A stretch of 64,000 nt of DNA from Escherichia phage UPEC06, in sequence record MW250786. The stretch is one strand, 5' to 3'. A program made the translations under genes and the position numbers. The notes below the pieces were generated by a model. It was not told the origin of the DNA and made no database searches. It was given only the letters and a program-made list of their open reading frames with translations. How positions within the stretch are numbered: the first letter of the stretch is position 1; each line of letters opens with the position of its first letter. Below are positions 26,612-36,716 of this stretch, in pieces.

Positions 26612-27705
26612 TGATTAAGACCCTTATAGAGAAAGGTCGCCAGATTAAATCTCGCGGAATTGCTCTAACTCACCGAGATCAAGGCTACAGTGCGAACAAT
26701 CGACACGTAAGCCTCCTCACTAAATCTGACATTGACCCAAGCAAACTGACGGTTGATGTTATCAAAGCTCTTGAGCAAGTTCAAGTAACTATCAGTATGG
26801 AAGAGTTCTTACGTCGCTTCTTCCACATGTATTACGATGATGCAGAGTTACTTACTAAGCTGATGGGCTTCACAACTACCTTTGAAGACGAATACGCGGA
26901 TAAAGACCCTGAAGACTTGGATTCTTATACTGCTGATTACGTTAAACGTCATCAAGAATATCTCGATGAAAAACTCGAAACTATCTCCATTATCAAAAAA
27001 GCAAAAGAAGGTGAAGATCTTTCCCTGATCGAACGCTTTGAGTTAATTAAGACTCGTAAGCAATTCGAAGACGGTTGTAAAGAATTAGCTTTGGATTTTG
27101 GTGATGAATCTGAATTACGCAAACCAGAAACTGGTGAAGTAGTTAAATCAGCTACTAAGCCTGAACCTGTAAGCTCCGCTGGAGCGACCACAACCATCAA
27201 GGAGACTCCTGTGGAAAAAGAAGTAGATGTAACCAAGTCCCAACAATTCATTGATCTGATGAAAGCTAATGAAGCGTTGATGGCTCAGGTTGAAGGTATG
27301 AAAGAAACCTTCACCGCTGCTCAAGAAATCGTTAAAGCTCAGGCTGTTGCAAAACGTGAAGTTGCCTTGAACAAAGCTGCAAGTTTTGGTTTTGTTGCTG
27401 ATGACCAACGTGAAGCTGTTGCTGACCTGATCGAAGACCCAGCTAAAGCATCTGTTGTTGCTGTGCTGGAAAAAGCTGCTGCTGCTCTTAAAGAGAAAGA
27501 CGAAGCTCTCGTCGCTAAAGATGCAGAAATCGAAGAGATCAAAAAATCCTTCGCTGACGGCAAAGAAGTAGGTGCTGATGGTCAACTGACTGAAGTTGCT
27601 AAAGGCTCTGAAGACGCTCAGGCTCGTTTGAACCGAGTAATCGCAGAACGTGCAGCAGAGATCGCTAAGGCTGCTAACGGCAATGCTGAATTTATTAACG
27701 CCTAA
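26611..27705 (+). CDS. putative scaffolding protein
   Basis: Ala/Glu/Lys-rich helical C-terminal half; directly upstream of decoration and capsid genes. Confidence 0.45.
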   Translation: MIKTLIEKGRQIKSRGIALTHRDQGYSANNRHVSLLTKSDIDPSKLTVDVIKALEQVQVTISMEEFLRRFFHMYYDDAELLTKLMGFTTTFEDEYADKDPEDLDSYTADYVKRHQEYLDEKLETISIIKKAKEGEDLSLIERFELIKTRKQFEDGCKELALDFGDESELRKPETGEVVKSATKPEPVSSAGATTTIKETPVEKEVDVTKSQQFIDLMKANEALMAQVEGMKETFTAAQEIVKAQAVAKREVALNKAASFGFVADDQREAVADLIEDPAKASVVAVLEKAAAALKEKDEALVAKDAEIEEIKKSFADGKEVGADGQLTEVAKGSEDAQARLNRVIAERAAEIAKAANGNAEFINA

Positions 27706-27725
27706 TTATTGAGGAAACGAATAGA

Positions 27726-28157
27726 ATGGCTAAAGCACATGTTGTAACTCTCGAAGGTAACTACTCTGATATCGTACTGGGCCGTGTTGTTGCATTTGGT
27801 GACACTGGTTGGAACTTTGAAGAAGTAGAAATGGATTATACTGCTGATCTGGTCGCAGGTCTGCTGGTTAAAGCTGATGGTACTCCGGCTGCTGTTGCAG
27901 ACGCTGCTGACGTTTACGGTGTTCTGGTTGACCGTAAAGTTCTGCCTGGTGTTACCAAGCATGACGGCGCTACCCCGATGGCTGGTGAGAAGCTTCCTAT
28001 GACTATCGCTGTTCGTGGTCTGACCCTGAACGCAACCAAACTGGTCTACGCTGACGGTACTGCAATTGACGATGCTGGTCGCCTGGCTCTGTCTAAAGCT
28101 GGTAACCAAGTAACTGATCGTGTAGTAGCTACCGAATTCCTCGGCGCTGTCCTGTAA
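27726..28157 (+). CDS. putative head decoration protein
   Basis: 143-aa Ala/Gly/Val-rich protein immediately upstream of the major capsid gene, strong SD. Confidence 0.4.
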   Translation: MAKAHVVTLEGNYSDIVLGRVVAFGDTGWNFEEVEMDYTADLVAGLLVKADGTPAAVADAADVYGVLVDRKVLPGVTKHDGATPMAGEKLPMTIAVRGLTLNATKLVYADGTAIDDAGRLALSKAGNQVTDRVVATEFLGAVL

Positions 28158-28180
28158 CTTTTTCGAAGGAGAATATTTAA

Positions 28181-29176
28181 ATGCAAAATGGTGATTTTCA
28201 AATCCTGGATTACACTGGCCTGATCTCTACTCTGCCGCGTGTTGATACCCTGCTTCAAAGCATGAACCTGTTCACTGAGAACTTTGGTCGTACTACTATC
28301 GCTAAAATCGAACGTCGTGATGACGGTGCTGGTCAGATCAATGCTGTACAGCGTGGTAGCGTTCGTCAGCACCTGGGTAATGATCGTAAAAAGATCGTCA
28401 ACCTGAATATCCCGTTCTTCCCTCTGGACCGTTCTATCGACCGTGCAGACATTCAGAACTTCCGTGAATTCGGTACTGACAACGCTCCGGCAACTGTTGA
28501 AGCTGAAGTGGCTCGTCACCTTGCTAGAATTCGTCGCAGTCATGCAGTTCTGAAGTCTAAAGCAATGTACGCTGCTCTGAAAGGTACTTCCTGGTCGCCA
28601 AATGATCCGGTTTGTGATTACGACTACTACGATGTTTGGGGTGTAACCCAGCAGACTGCTGACGTTGACTTCACCGCTCTGGCTATTGACCCGATTGAAG
28701 TGCTGGAAGCTGAAGCTCGTGCACACATCATCGATTACGCTGGTGACCAAGGTGACAACTACGAGATCGTCGTTATGGCATCCCGTCAGTGGTTCTCTGC
28801 TCTGATCGCTCACCCGCAGGTAACTGGTGCATATTCTCAGTACCCTTCTACTCAGGAAGTCCTGCGTCGTCGTCTGGGCGGTAATGCCAACAACCGTATC
28901 TTCGAACACAAGAACATCCTGTTCATCGAAGACATTTCCGGTAACATCCCTGCTGGTGAAGCATACATCTTCCCTCGTGGTATCGATCGTATGTTCGAAA
29001 TCTATTACGCGCCGAGCGACACTCTGGAAGGTGCTAACCAAGTAGCTCAGGAACTGTATGTATTCTTCAAAGAATCTCAGTACCTGCGTGAAGCGAAGAT
29101 CGAATCTGAAACTTCCTTCCTGACTGTTAACAACCGTCCTGAACTGGTAGTTAAGTCTGTTGGTAAGTTTGAATAA
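28181..29176 (+). CDS. major capsid protein (lambda gpE-like family suggested)
   Basis: 331 aa, strong SD, follows scaffold/decoration genes, followed by a strong terminator. Confidence 0.55.
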   Translation: MQNGDFQILDYTGLISTLPRVDTLLQSMNLFTENFGRTTIAKIERRDDGAGQINAVQRGSVRQHLGNDRKKIVNLNIPFFPLDRSIDRADIQNFREFGTDNAPATVEAEVARHLARIRRSHAVLKSKAMYAALKGTSWSPNDPVCDYDYYDVWGVTQQTADVDFTALAIDPIEVLEAEARAHIIDYAGDQGDNYEIVVMASRQWFSALIAHPQVTGAYSQYPSTQEVLRRRLGGNANNRIFEHKNILFIEDISGNIPAGEAYIFPRGIDRMFEIYYAPSDTLEGANQVAQELYVFFKESQYLREAKIESETSFLTVNNRPELVVKSVGKFE

Positions 29177-29192
29177 TCTTAATAACTGATTA

Positions 29193-29220
29193 AAGGTCAC
29201 CTTCGGGTGGCCTTTTTTAT
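29193..29220 (+). terminator. rho-independent terminator after the major capsid gene
   Basis: AGGTCACC-TTCG-GGTGGCCT hairpin followed by TTTTTTAT. Confidence 0.6.
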
Positions 29221-29300
29221 TATGCCTGTACAATTTAGGCAAAATAGTGTACCATTATAAGATAGGCTATTAATCTAATCAATGACGAAGGAGTAATTTA

Positions 29301-29894
29301 ATGTCTAAGCAAACTCACTTGGAAATTTTTAAAAGTGAATATCACATGCTCAAGTTCTTCGGTGAATATCTAGAAAAGCTTGATGTAAACACCTCTGCAC
29401 GTTTAGGTGCATTCCTTTACAGCTACGACGGAAAACTAGTCCTTGCCCGTGGCCTTTATGATTTTCTAACTCAAATGGAAAAGATGACCGCTCTCGGTAT
29501 CGACACCCTTGCTTCTGTGCAAAAAGGTACAAGTTTCCTAGTATTCTTTAAAGAGAAGCCTAAAGATCCTTTAAAATTCCGTTTGGATGTTAAGAAAATT
29601 GAGGCTGTCAAAGAAGCCATTGTTACTGATACTCCAACTAAGGTAATGGAAGAGTCTGTACTTGTCAACACTAAAGTTGAAGAAGTTAAAGAAGTTGAAG
29701 TAAAGGAAGAATTAACTGCTCGTACTGAAGAAGAAAAATCTCAGATCTTAGCCAAGGCTGAAGAACTGCGTGACGACAGCAAAAAGTCTGCATCTAAGGC
29801 GGCATTGGAAGCTTTCGCTGTGGAATACGGCATTTCACTGAGCAAAGGTAAAACCTTTGATGGGATGCTTGAAGATTTAGCTGCTGCACTTTAA
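29301..29894 (+). CDS. hypothetical protein (first gene of the collagen-like fibre module)
   Basis: Strong SD; C-terminal half charged and helical (EEVKEVEVKEELTARTEEEKSQ). Confidence 0.4.
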   Translation: MSKQTHLEIFKSEYHMLKFFGEYLEKLDVNTSARLGAFLYSYDGKLVLARGLYDFLTQMEKMTALGIDTLASVQKGTSFLVFFKEKPKDPLKFRLDVKKIEAVKEAIVTDTPTKVMEESVLVNTKVEEVKEVEVKEELTARTEEEKSQILAKAEELRDDSKKSASKAALEAFAVEYGISLSKGKTFDGMLEDLAAAL

Positions 29895-29946
29895 TCTCAC
29901 CTCATGCCCCTGTTCAGGGGCTTAAATCCCTAGGAGAATTTTATAA

Positions 29947-32900
29947 ATGGCTGAATATAATGATAAGGTCGTGGAAGCATTCGTTACTGCTCCTGATCCT
30001 GTCGTAACTACCACTGGTGGTGGAGTTATTTTTAACGGTATTGAAACGGAAGATACTGTATCTACCCTGTTAGTTGGTAATGGTACTGCCTCTTCCCCTC
30101 TGCAAGCTCAAGTTAAGCTATCTCGCCGTGCAGGTAACGCCCTGACTCTGGTTCAGACTGATAACGAGGAAGGCTTGTTTGCTTCCGCTGGAGATGCTAA
30201 AGTATCTACCTCTCAGGCGAACGTTGCAAAATACGTCACTGCGGAAGAAGCTGCTGCTCAAGGTGATGCCAGTTTGGAAGGTGTTCTGGTTGAGCCAGTT
30301 CATGCTACCACTACCGCTGTTGGTGACGCACTGGAAATTACCGCAGATCCTCTGGTTGCTAAAAACTCCCGTATATCCCTGAAAGTTTCCACCTCTTCAA
30401 CTAACGCTTTGTCTGTAGACCCTGATGGTTTGGCAGTTAAAGTTTCCCCCGCTATCGACAACAGCTTGCAAGTTCGTGAAGGTGCACTGTATGTAGCTCC
30501 AGTTGGTGCTGACATTTCTCAAGATGCAGGTAACAAACTGGAACAACGTTCAGATGGTCTGTTTGTAGAAACCATCAAAGGTGACAAAGGCGATCAGGGT
30601 GAACAAGGACCAGCAGGTCCACAAGGCCCAGCCGGAGAAACTGGACCTGCTGGCCCGCAGGGTGAAAAAGGGGATAAAGGGGATACTGGAGAAGTCGGTC
30701 CTGCTGGCGCAACTGGACCTATCGGTCTGACTGGCGCAACTGGCCCTCGTGGTGTAGAAGGTCCTCGTGGCCCTGCTGGTATTGGTATCAACATCCTCGA
30801 CACCTTGGCATCTGAAGATCAATTGCCTTCTGTTGTTGATCTTGCGAATGGTGATACATACGTAATCGGACAGAGTTTCTTTACCGTTATCACTGAAGGT
30901 GGTATCAAACAATGGAGAAACGTAGGTAACTTCGCTGGACCTGAAGGTCTTTCTGCATTTGAAGTTGCTGAAACCGCAGGCTTTGTTGGAACAGTCGATG
31001 ACTGGTTGGCTACCCTTCGTGGTGCTGACGGTATAGGTCTGCAACTCCTTGGTTCTTTCCAGCGTATCGAAGATCTTCCTCAAGAAGAGAACAAACCTGG
31101 TGATGCCTACATCATTCAAGAAAAGATGTATGTTTGGACTGGTGATACAGATGGCTGGCAACCTGTAGGACAGATCGGTCCTGAAGGTCGTTCTGCTTAT
31201 CAGGTCTGGCTGGCTAACGGGAACGTAGGTTCTCAGCGTGAATTCCTTGAATCACTGAAAGGTGAGAAAGGTGATACTGGCGATCAGGGTCCTCAGGGTA
31301 TCCCAGGTGCAGATGGTAAAAATGCTAACGCCATTAATATCTTAGGTTCCGTTGCAGATCAGGCGAGTTTGCCAGAAGGTGCAGATGCAGGTGATGCTTA
31401 CCTGATCGGTACTAACGTATTCGTTTCTGATGGTGCTGGCAACTGGCAAGACTTGGGATCTTTCCAAGGTCCGCAAGGTCCTACTGGTGCTAAAGGCGAC
31501 AAGGGTGACAAAGGGGACAAAGGGGACAAAGGCGATAAAGGTGATGACAACTATGCCATCGCAGTTGCTAACGGTTTCCAAGGATCAGTAAATGAATACC
31601 TTGCATCTATCAAGGGTGAGAAAGGTGACGTTGGTGCAACTGGCCCTCGTGGATTGGCTGGTCCACAAGGTGAACAAGGTCCTGTTGGTGCGGGTCTGAA
31701 TATCCTTGGCTCAGTAGCTTCCGAAGATCAATTACCTCAGACTGGTATTAGTGAAGGTGACGCTTATCTGATTGAAGCTGATCTTTATATCTTCACTGGC
31801 GGTCAGTGGACTAACGTTGGTAACATCAAAGGTCCTCAGGGTGATATTGGTCCTGTAGGTCCACAAGGTCCTATCGGCTTGACTGGTGCACAGGGACCGC
31901 AGGGTGCAACAGGAGCACAAGGCCCTGCTGGCCCACAAGGTGAGACGGGTCCACAAGGTGGTATCGGTCCACAGGGAGAAACTGGAGAGAAAGGCGATAA
32001 GGGCGATAAAGGCGACAAGGGTGATATCGGAACGGGTATCGTAGCTCGTGGCGTTGTTGCAACCCAAAGTGCACTTCCTTCCGGCGCAGCACCTGGTGAT
32101 TTCTACGTTGTAGAAGATGAAGGTAACGGTTACGCTTGGGACGGTACAGCTTGGGTTTTAACTGGATTAGCTCGTGGACCTCAAGGTCTTAAAGGCGATA
32201 CCGGAGAAACCGGAGCCAAAGGTGATAAGGGCGATAAAGGTGATGCAGGCGATGCACTTAAGCTGAGAGGCTTGGTTGCAACTTCCGCTGAACTGCCTTC
32301 CACTGCTGAACTTGGTGACTTCTATGTCGCTGAAGACACCGGAATTGGTTACGCTTGGGATGGTGTTGCTTTCGTTTCTGCCGGAACCGTTAGAGGACCG
32401 CAAGGTGAAGTAGGGCCGCAGGGTGAAGTTGGTCCTCAAGGACCTCAAGGCGAGAAGGGAGATGCTGGCGAGCAAGGTCCTCAAGGATTGGTCGGTGAAA
32501 CAGGTGCAAAAGGTGATAAAGGAGATAAGGGTGACGTTGGCTCTGGTCTGATTCCGAGAGGAACTTTACCATCTCAAGCAGATCTTCCTCAAACTGGTGA
32601 AGTTGGTGACTTCTACGTAGCTAACGATACTGGTATTGGCTATGCTTTTGATGGAACTGCATTCGTAGAAGCTGGAGTTGCCCGTGGTCCACAGGGTGAA
32701 CAAGGACCCCAGGGTGAACAGGGACCACAAGGACTTAAAGGTGATACTGGTGAAACAGGTGCTCAGGGACCTCAAGGTGTTCAAGGTGAGAAAGGTGATA
32801 CCGGAGAACGTGGAGAGGTAGGTCCGCAAGGTGATCAGGGTCCGCAAGGTGAGCAAGGTCCTCAGGGTGATATCGGACCAGGTGTAGAGATCATTGGACG

Positions 32901-33747
32901 ATTTGATACCTCTGATGAATTACCTTCCACGGGTACTTTGGGTCAAGGTTACCTTATCCAAGGCGACTTCTGGGGTTGGACTGGTGCAGCATACGAGAAC
33001 TTGGGTCGTATTCAAGGTCCGGTTGGACCAGTAGGTCCTACGGGTGACCAAGGACCACAAGGCCCTGTCGGTAACAAAGGCGATAAAGGCGACCAAGGGA
33101 CCCTTTGGGTAGTTTTTGCTCGTGCACCAATGGTGAGCGATGGTCGTGTTAACGATCTGTACCTCAACTCTTCCACTCTGGAATATTACCGTAAAACTTC
33201 CGCAACGAACTGGGCACTGCTCGGATTCTTAGGTGGTGGTAACGTGTATGACGCACCAGGGGACGGAAAGCTGTATGTCCGTACTGATGGTGGTTGGGTT
33301 GAATTACCTACCGCAGAAGTTCTGGAAGCACCTCGTGATGGTAACCAATACGTCCGTAAAGACGGCGCTTGGACAACTGTTACAGTTCCTGTAACGGAAG
33401 CACCACTTGAAGGTGGATTCTACGTCCGTGAAAATGGTGCGTGGGTTAAACTGGATCAGTACGATTTACGTGTTGTTGCTTCAACTGGTGCAATTGATGC
33501 AAGCTCTGGTAATGCTTGGACTTTAGATGGTACAACCAACAAGTCCTTGACTATCACCGGATTGCCAGCAGGAAGGGCTAAAACCATAGTTTTACGATTC
33601 ACTGGTAACGGTGGTCAGATTAACTGGGATAGCCAGATCGCTTGGTCTAACGGAACAGCACCGACCCTCGGAGCTACCCGCACTATCCTGACCCTGTTCT
33701 GGGATGGTGAATTCCTGACTGGTACTCAGGCAATGACTGTAGGTTAA
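29947..33747 (+). CDS. collagen-like repeat fibre protein (side-tail-fibre-like)
   Basis: 1266 aa; long Gly-X-Y runs alternating with eight ~50-aa modules; C-terminal YVRxDGxW repeats x3 typical of phage tail-fibre repeats. Confidence 0.7.
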   Translation: MAEYNDKVVEAFVTAPDPVVTTTGGGVIFNGIETEDTVSTLLVGNGTASSPLQAQVKLSRRAGNALTLVQTDNEEGLFASAGDAKVSTSQANVAKYVTAEEAAAQGDASLEGVLVEPVHATTTAVGDALEITADPLVAKNSRISLKVSTSSTNALSVDPDGLAVKVSPAIDNSLQVREGALYVAPVGADISQDAGNKLEQRSDGLFVETIKGDKGDQGEQGPAGPQGPAGETGPAGPQGEKGDKGDTGEVGPAGATGPIGLTGATGPRGVEGPRGPAGIGINILDTLASEDQLPSVVDLANGDTYVIGQSFFTVITEGGIKQWRNVGNFAGPEGLSAFEVAETAGFVGTVDDWLATLRGADGIGLQLLGSFQRIEDLPQEENKPGDAYIIQEKMYVWTGDTDGWQPVGQIGPEGRSAYQVWLANGNVGSQREFLESLKGEKGDTGDQGPQGIPGADGKNANAINILGSVADQASLPEGADAGDAYLIGTNVFVSDGAGNWQDLGSFQGPQGPTGAKGDKGDKGDKGDKGDKGDDNYAIAVANGFQGSVNEYLASIKGEKGDVGATGPRGLAGPQGEQGPVGAGLNILGSVASEDQLPQTGISEGDAYLIEADLYIFTGGQWTNVGNIKGPQGDIGPVGPQGPIGLTGAQGPQGATGAQGPAGPQGETGPQGGIGPQGETGEKGDKGDKGDKGDIGTGIVARGVVATQSALPSGAAPGDFYVVEDEGNGYAWDGTAWVLTGLARGPQGLKGDTGETGAKGDKGDKGDAGDALKLRGLVATSAELPSTAELGDFYVAEDTGIGYAWDGVAFVSAGTVRGPQGEVGPQGEVGPQGPQGEKGDAGEQGPQGLVGETGAKGDKGDKGDVGSGLIPRGTLPSQADLPQTGEVGDFYVANDTGIGYAFDGTAFVEAGVARGPQGEQGPQGEQGPQGLKGDTGETGAQGPQGVQGEKGDTGERGEVGPQGDQGPQGEQGPQGDIGPGVEIIGRFDTSDELPSTGTLGQGYLIQGDFWGWTGAAYENLGRIQGPVGPVGPTGDQGPQGPVGNKGDKGDQGTLWVVFARAPMVSDGRVNDLYLNSSTLEYYRKTSATNWALLGFLGGGNVYDAPGDGKLYVRTDGGWVELPTAEVLEAPRDGNQYVRKDGAWTTVTVPVTEAPLEGGFYVRENGAWVKLDQYDLRVVASTGAIDASSGNAWTLDGTTNKSLTITGLPAGRAKTIVLRFTGNGGQINWDSQIAWSNGTAPTLGATRTILTLFWDGEFLTGTQAMTVG
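31495..31545 (+). repeat. tandem 9-bp coding repeat (GDK)n inside the collagen-like gene
   Basis: ggcgacaag/ggtgacaaa/ggggacaaa units encode [17 protein letters not shown]; similar runs near 31981-32020, 32215-32250 and 32515-32535. Confidence 0.6.
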
Positions 33748-33754
33748 TTTTTAA

Positions 33755-33779
33755 ATGGGGGCTTCGGCCCCCTCTTTTC
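33755..33779 (+). terminator. stem-loop / weak terminator after the collagen-like fibre gene
   Basis: GGGGGC-TTCG-GCCCCC hairpin followed by TCTTTTCAG. Confidence 0.4.
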
Positions 33780-33793
33780 AGAAAGGAGTTAAT

Positions 33794-34429
33794 ATGGTAA
33801 TCGATAAGATTTATGGCTGGACACCTATGATCCGTATGTCTGACATGCGATATCCGGTATACCTGGCCGACTATCGTGCTGAGTATCCCAACGTATCTAT
33901 CGGCAGTTTTGTTTATGCTGTTGGTATGGCTGAGGTTGGATATCATGCGGTTTATGACGTAACTATGCCGCAAGGTGATGTTGTTACTGAAGGATCGCCG
34001 GAATTACGTGAAGATGGATTCTGGTACAGAACTTGGAATGTTAGAGACTTCACCGAACAAGAGATCGCTGATAACCTTGCTCGTGAAAAAGAGCAGCGTA
34101 TCAATGAGGCTCGGATGACTCTTGATAATGAGAGATCCGAAGGGGTTGTTGTAGCCAGCAAACGATATCAGTCAGACGCTCAAGCTTTTGCTTATTATAG
34201 TTCCATCTCTGCTGTTGCTAAAGACTCACCTGAAGAAGTTTTTCACTTAGTTACTTCTGATAATCAGGTAGAAGAATTCCTCGGTGATGAAGTTATTGCC
34301 CATATAAAAGAAATTCAAAAAGTTAACGCAAAAGTTTATGACGAGTTTGCGAAAATTGTAAAATCTATCCGTGAAGCAAGTTCTTCTGAAGAAATCCCTC
34401 AAGTACCTCCCTCTTTTCAAAATCTTTAA
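33794..34429 (+). CDS. hypothetical protein, possible fibre assembly/chaperone protein
   Basis: Start at ATG after AAAGGAG (track start 33755 lies in the hairpin); sits between two fibre genes. Confidence 0.3.
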   Translation: MVIDKIYGWTPMIRMSDMRYPVYLADYRAEYPNVSIGSFVYAVGMAEVGYHAVYDVTMPQGDVVTEGSPELREDGFWYRTWNVRDFTEQEIADNLAREKEQRINEARMTLDNERSEGVVVASKRYQSDAQAFAYYSSISAVAKDSPEEVFHLVTSDNQVEEFLGDEVIAHIKEIQKVNAKVYDEFAKIVKSIREASSSEEIPQVPPSFQNL

Positions 34430-34459
34430 TAGTAAATAAACTTACTTAAGGAGCATTGC

Positions 34460-36058
34460 ATGAGTAAAAGTATTAGAGGAATGGCAGGTCATAATAACGG
34501 TGTTTTTTACGGAAATGCCCTTTATGACTTAGAAAGAAAGGTTAAAATGGATTTTAAAGATATCATGGAAAAAGGTGATTCCAGCCAAACACCTGGTCCA
34601 GAAGGTCCACAAGGACCAAAAGGGGATACTGGCCCTGCCGGACCTGTAGGTCCTGTAGGTCCGCAAGGACCACAGGGTGAGATCGGGCCTCAGGGTCCTA
34701 CTGGCCCTCAAGGACCTGTCGGAGCTACTGGTCCTACCGGACCTGAGGGTAGTGAAGGACCACAAGGCCCTCAAGGAGAGCAAGGTATAGCTGGTCCAGT
34801 AGGACCAAAAGGGGATACTGGTGAACAAGGTCCTCAGGGAGAGCAAGGACCCGCTGGTCTAAAAGGCGATACTGGGGATATTGGCCCTGCTGGACAAGAA
34901 GGGCCAATAGGTCCGACTGGCCCAACTGGCCCTGCCGGACCAAAGGGGGATGTTGGTCCTCAAGGACCTAAAGGCGAAACTGGTGAGCAGGGACCTATTG
35001 GACCACAAGGCCCACAAGGGGATGTTGGTCCTGTAGGTCCAGCAGGGCTTACTTTCCGAGGTTTTTATGATCCTTTAGTTGAATACTCTCAGAACGATAC
35101 TGTATCTTACAACGGATCTACTTATTTTTCCTTAAGAACAAGTATAGGCGCTAGTCCAGACACATCACTTGAAGATTGGTCTTTATTGGCAGCAGAGGGA
35201 GCAAGAGGCCCACAAGGCCCAACTGGCCCTCAGGGACCTAAAGGCGACCAGGGTGAGATTGGTCCTGCCGGAGCTACCGGTCCTGAAGGTCCGACTGGCC
35301 CAACTGGCCCGACTGGACCCGCTGGACCGAAAGGGGATAAAGGAGATAAAGGAGAGGTTGGACCTCAAGGACCTAAAGGCGACCAAGGGGTTATGGGAGA
35401 ACAAGGACCGCAGGGTATCGCTGGAACTACTGGACCTGCTGGTCCACAAGGACCTAAAGGCGACAAAGGAGATGTTGGCCCTCAAGGTCCCGCTGGTCCA
35501 CAAGGTTTGGATGGTATCCAAGGCCCAGCGGGTCCCCAGGGGATTAGAGGAATACAAGGACCTAAAGGCGACACTGGTGAGCAGGGAGAGAAAGGGGATA
35601 AGGGTGACAAGGGTGAGAAAGGTGATGCAGGAATATCAAGAACATTCCTTAAGGTTAAAACATCATCTGTTGGCACCAATCACGCGATCAAAATGCCAGC
35701 ACCTCTTGATAACCTATCTATAGGCATAAGGCTTGATTCAGCGGTACGTTTTAGTATTAGGGGTTGGATTGATACAGATACGACAGCCAGAAATGTTAGG
35801 GGGGATATTGAAGGCTTCAATAACTCTGAAAATTACTTCAATACAACGGTAAGACAATTGATATCTTCATCAACTGCAACTGGCACAACCCTTGTAGCCG
35901 ATATCAGCGAATTCCAAAGAATTAGGCCATATACATTTAGCTTCTTTGAAACAACAACAGAGACAATGTGGAGAGTAACTATAACTCTCTTCACGTCAGG
36001 GTATGTAGTAACTGACAATCAATGGCTATGTATAGAAGCTGTTAGACTTGATGCGTAA
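34460..36058 (+). CDS. collagen-like repeat fibre protein 2
   Basis: 532 aa; two long Gly-X-Y blocks separated by a short non-collagen segment; non-collagen C-terminal domain. Confidence 0.65.
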   Translation: MSKSIRGMAGHNNGVFYGNALYDLERKVKMDFKDIMEKGDSSQTPGPEGPQGPKGDTGPAGPVGPVGPQGPQGEIGPQGPTGPQGPVGATGPTGPEGSEGPQGPQGEQGIAGPVGPKGDTGEQGPQGEQGPAGLKGDTGDIGPAGQEGPIGPTGPTGPAGPKGDVGPQGPKGETGEQGPIGPQGPQGDVGPVGPAGLTFRGFYDPLVEYSQNDTVSYNGSTYFSLRTSIGASPDTSLEDWSLLAAEGARGPQGPTGPQGPKGDQGEIGPAGATGPEGPTGPTGPTGPAGPKGDKGDKGEVGPQGPKGDQGVMGEQGPQGIAGTTGPAGPQGPKGDKGDVGPQGPAGPQGLDGIQGPAGPQGIRGIQGPKGDTGEQGEKGDKGDKGEKGDAGISRTFLKVKTSSVGTNHAIKMPAPLDNLSIGIRLDSAVRFSIRGWIDTDTTARNVRGDIEGFNNSENYFNTTVRQLISSSTATGTTLVADISEFQRIRPYTFSFFETTTETMWRVTITLFTSGYVVTDNQWLCIEAVRLDA

Positions 36059-36111
36059 AATAACTGACGAAGGGACTCGCCTACTGATTTGTTCTTTCCT
36101 TTAATAATAGC

Positions 36112-36140
36112 AAAGCCACCTTCGGGTGGCTTTCTTTTTA
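36112..36140 (+). terminator. rho-independent terminator closing the collagen-like module
   Basis: AGCCACC-TTCG-GGTGGCT hairpin followed by TTCTTTTTAT. Confidence 0.6.
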
Positions 36141-36160
36141 TACAAATGACTTTCTCTTTT

Positions 36161-36184
36161 AATTGTGGTAAGATGATACAATAC
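36161..36184 (+). promoter_or_regulatory. candidate promoter motif (AATTGTGGTAAGAT...TACAAT)
   Basis: ATTGTGGTAA(A/G)AT also occurs at 36745-36766 upstream of the next gene. Confidence 0.3.
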
Positions 36185-36197
36185 TCTGGAGGAAACT

Positions 36198-36716
36198 ATG
36201 CATACTGATGAAGAAGTAATTCAACTGGTAAGAACATTTTTAGGTGGCCTTACTGAAGAAGAGATGCCTGACAGCATCATTTTATTTTTCTACAACAAAT
36301 GGAAGGTCTGCTATGATTTGGAAAACAGACCAGACCAATTCTCAATAATCCTTTACAATACTGTTTTAGATTGTGTTCGTTGGCTCTTGGTACAGAACGT
36401 ATCAAGTGGAGCTTCTGGAATACGTGAACGGTTTGAAAAGGTTGGTGATGAAACTATCTCTGTTAAATATGGAGATAATTCCGGCAACTGGCAGGACTTC
36501 CTCGATTACTTACTTGAGCACCCAGAATACATTGATCCTTGCTTAAAAGAGAACTCTGGCCTAGGGCTGGTAATAATAGGTGGTGTTCGTAAAAATGAAG
36601 TTAATCGCGTCCGTCGTAACCCAAATTCATACAATGGGTTTATGGAGAAGGGCATTTATCCGGCACCAGGGACCAGATCAGGAGTAAGGAAGCGAAATCC
36701 GTGGATGGTCAACTAA
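36198..36716 (+). CDS. putative head-tail connector/neck protein
   Basis: By position between head and tail genes; SD GGAGG. Confidence 0.3.
   Translation: MHTDEEVIQLVRTFLGGLTEEEMPDSIILFFYNKWKVCYDLENRPDQFSIILYNTVLDCVRWLLVQNVSSGASGIRERFEKVGDETISVKYGDNSGNWQDFLDYLLEHPEYIDPCLKENSGLGLVIIGGVRKNEVNRVRRNPNSYNGFMEKGIYPAPGTRSGVRKRNPWMVN

Noticed and set aside
28046-29242. 398-aa ORF on the minus strand
   Set aside because: It is antisense to the major capsid gene in a uniformly plus-strand operon and has Ser/Thr/Val-rich low-complexity composition; judged spurious.
30550-35560. Many antisense or alternate-frame ORFs inside the collagen-like genes (for example 30594..30803, 31836..32018, 35183..35557, 35482..35679), several Pro/Gly-rich
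   Set aside because: They are artefacts of the GC-rich triplet periodicity of Gly-X-Y coding sequence; the sense-strand collagen frames are long, uninterrupted and have SD sequences.
31495-35640. Possible CRISPR array suggested by short tandem repeats
   Set aside because: The repeats are 9-bp in-frame coding units (GDK/GEK triplets) with no spacer structure or repeat-spacer periodicity of 28-37 bp; no cas genes are present.
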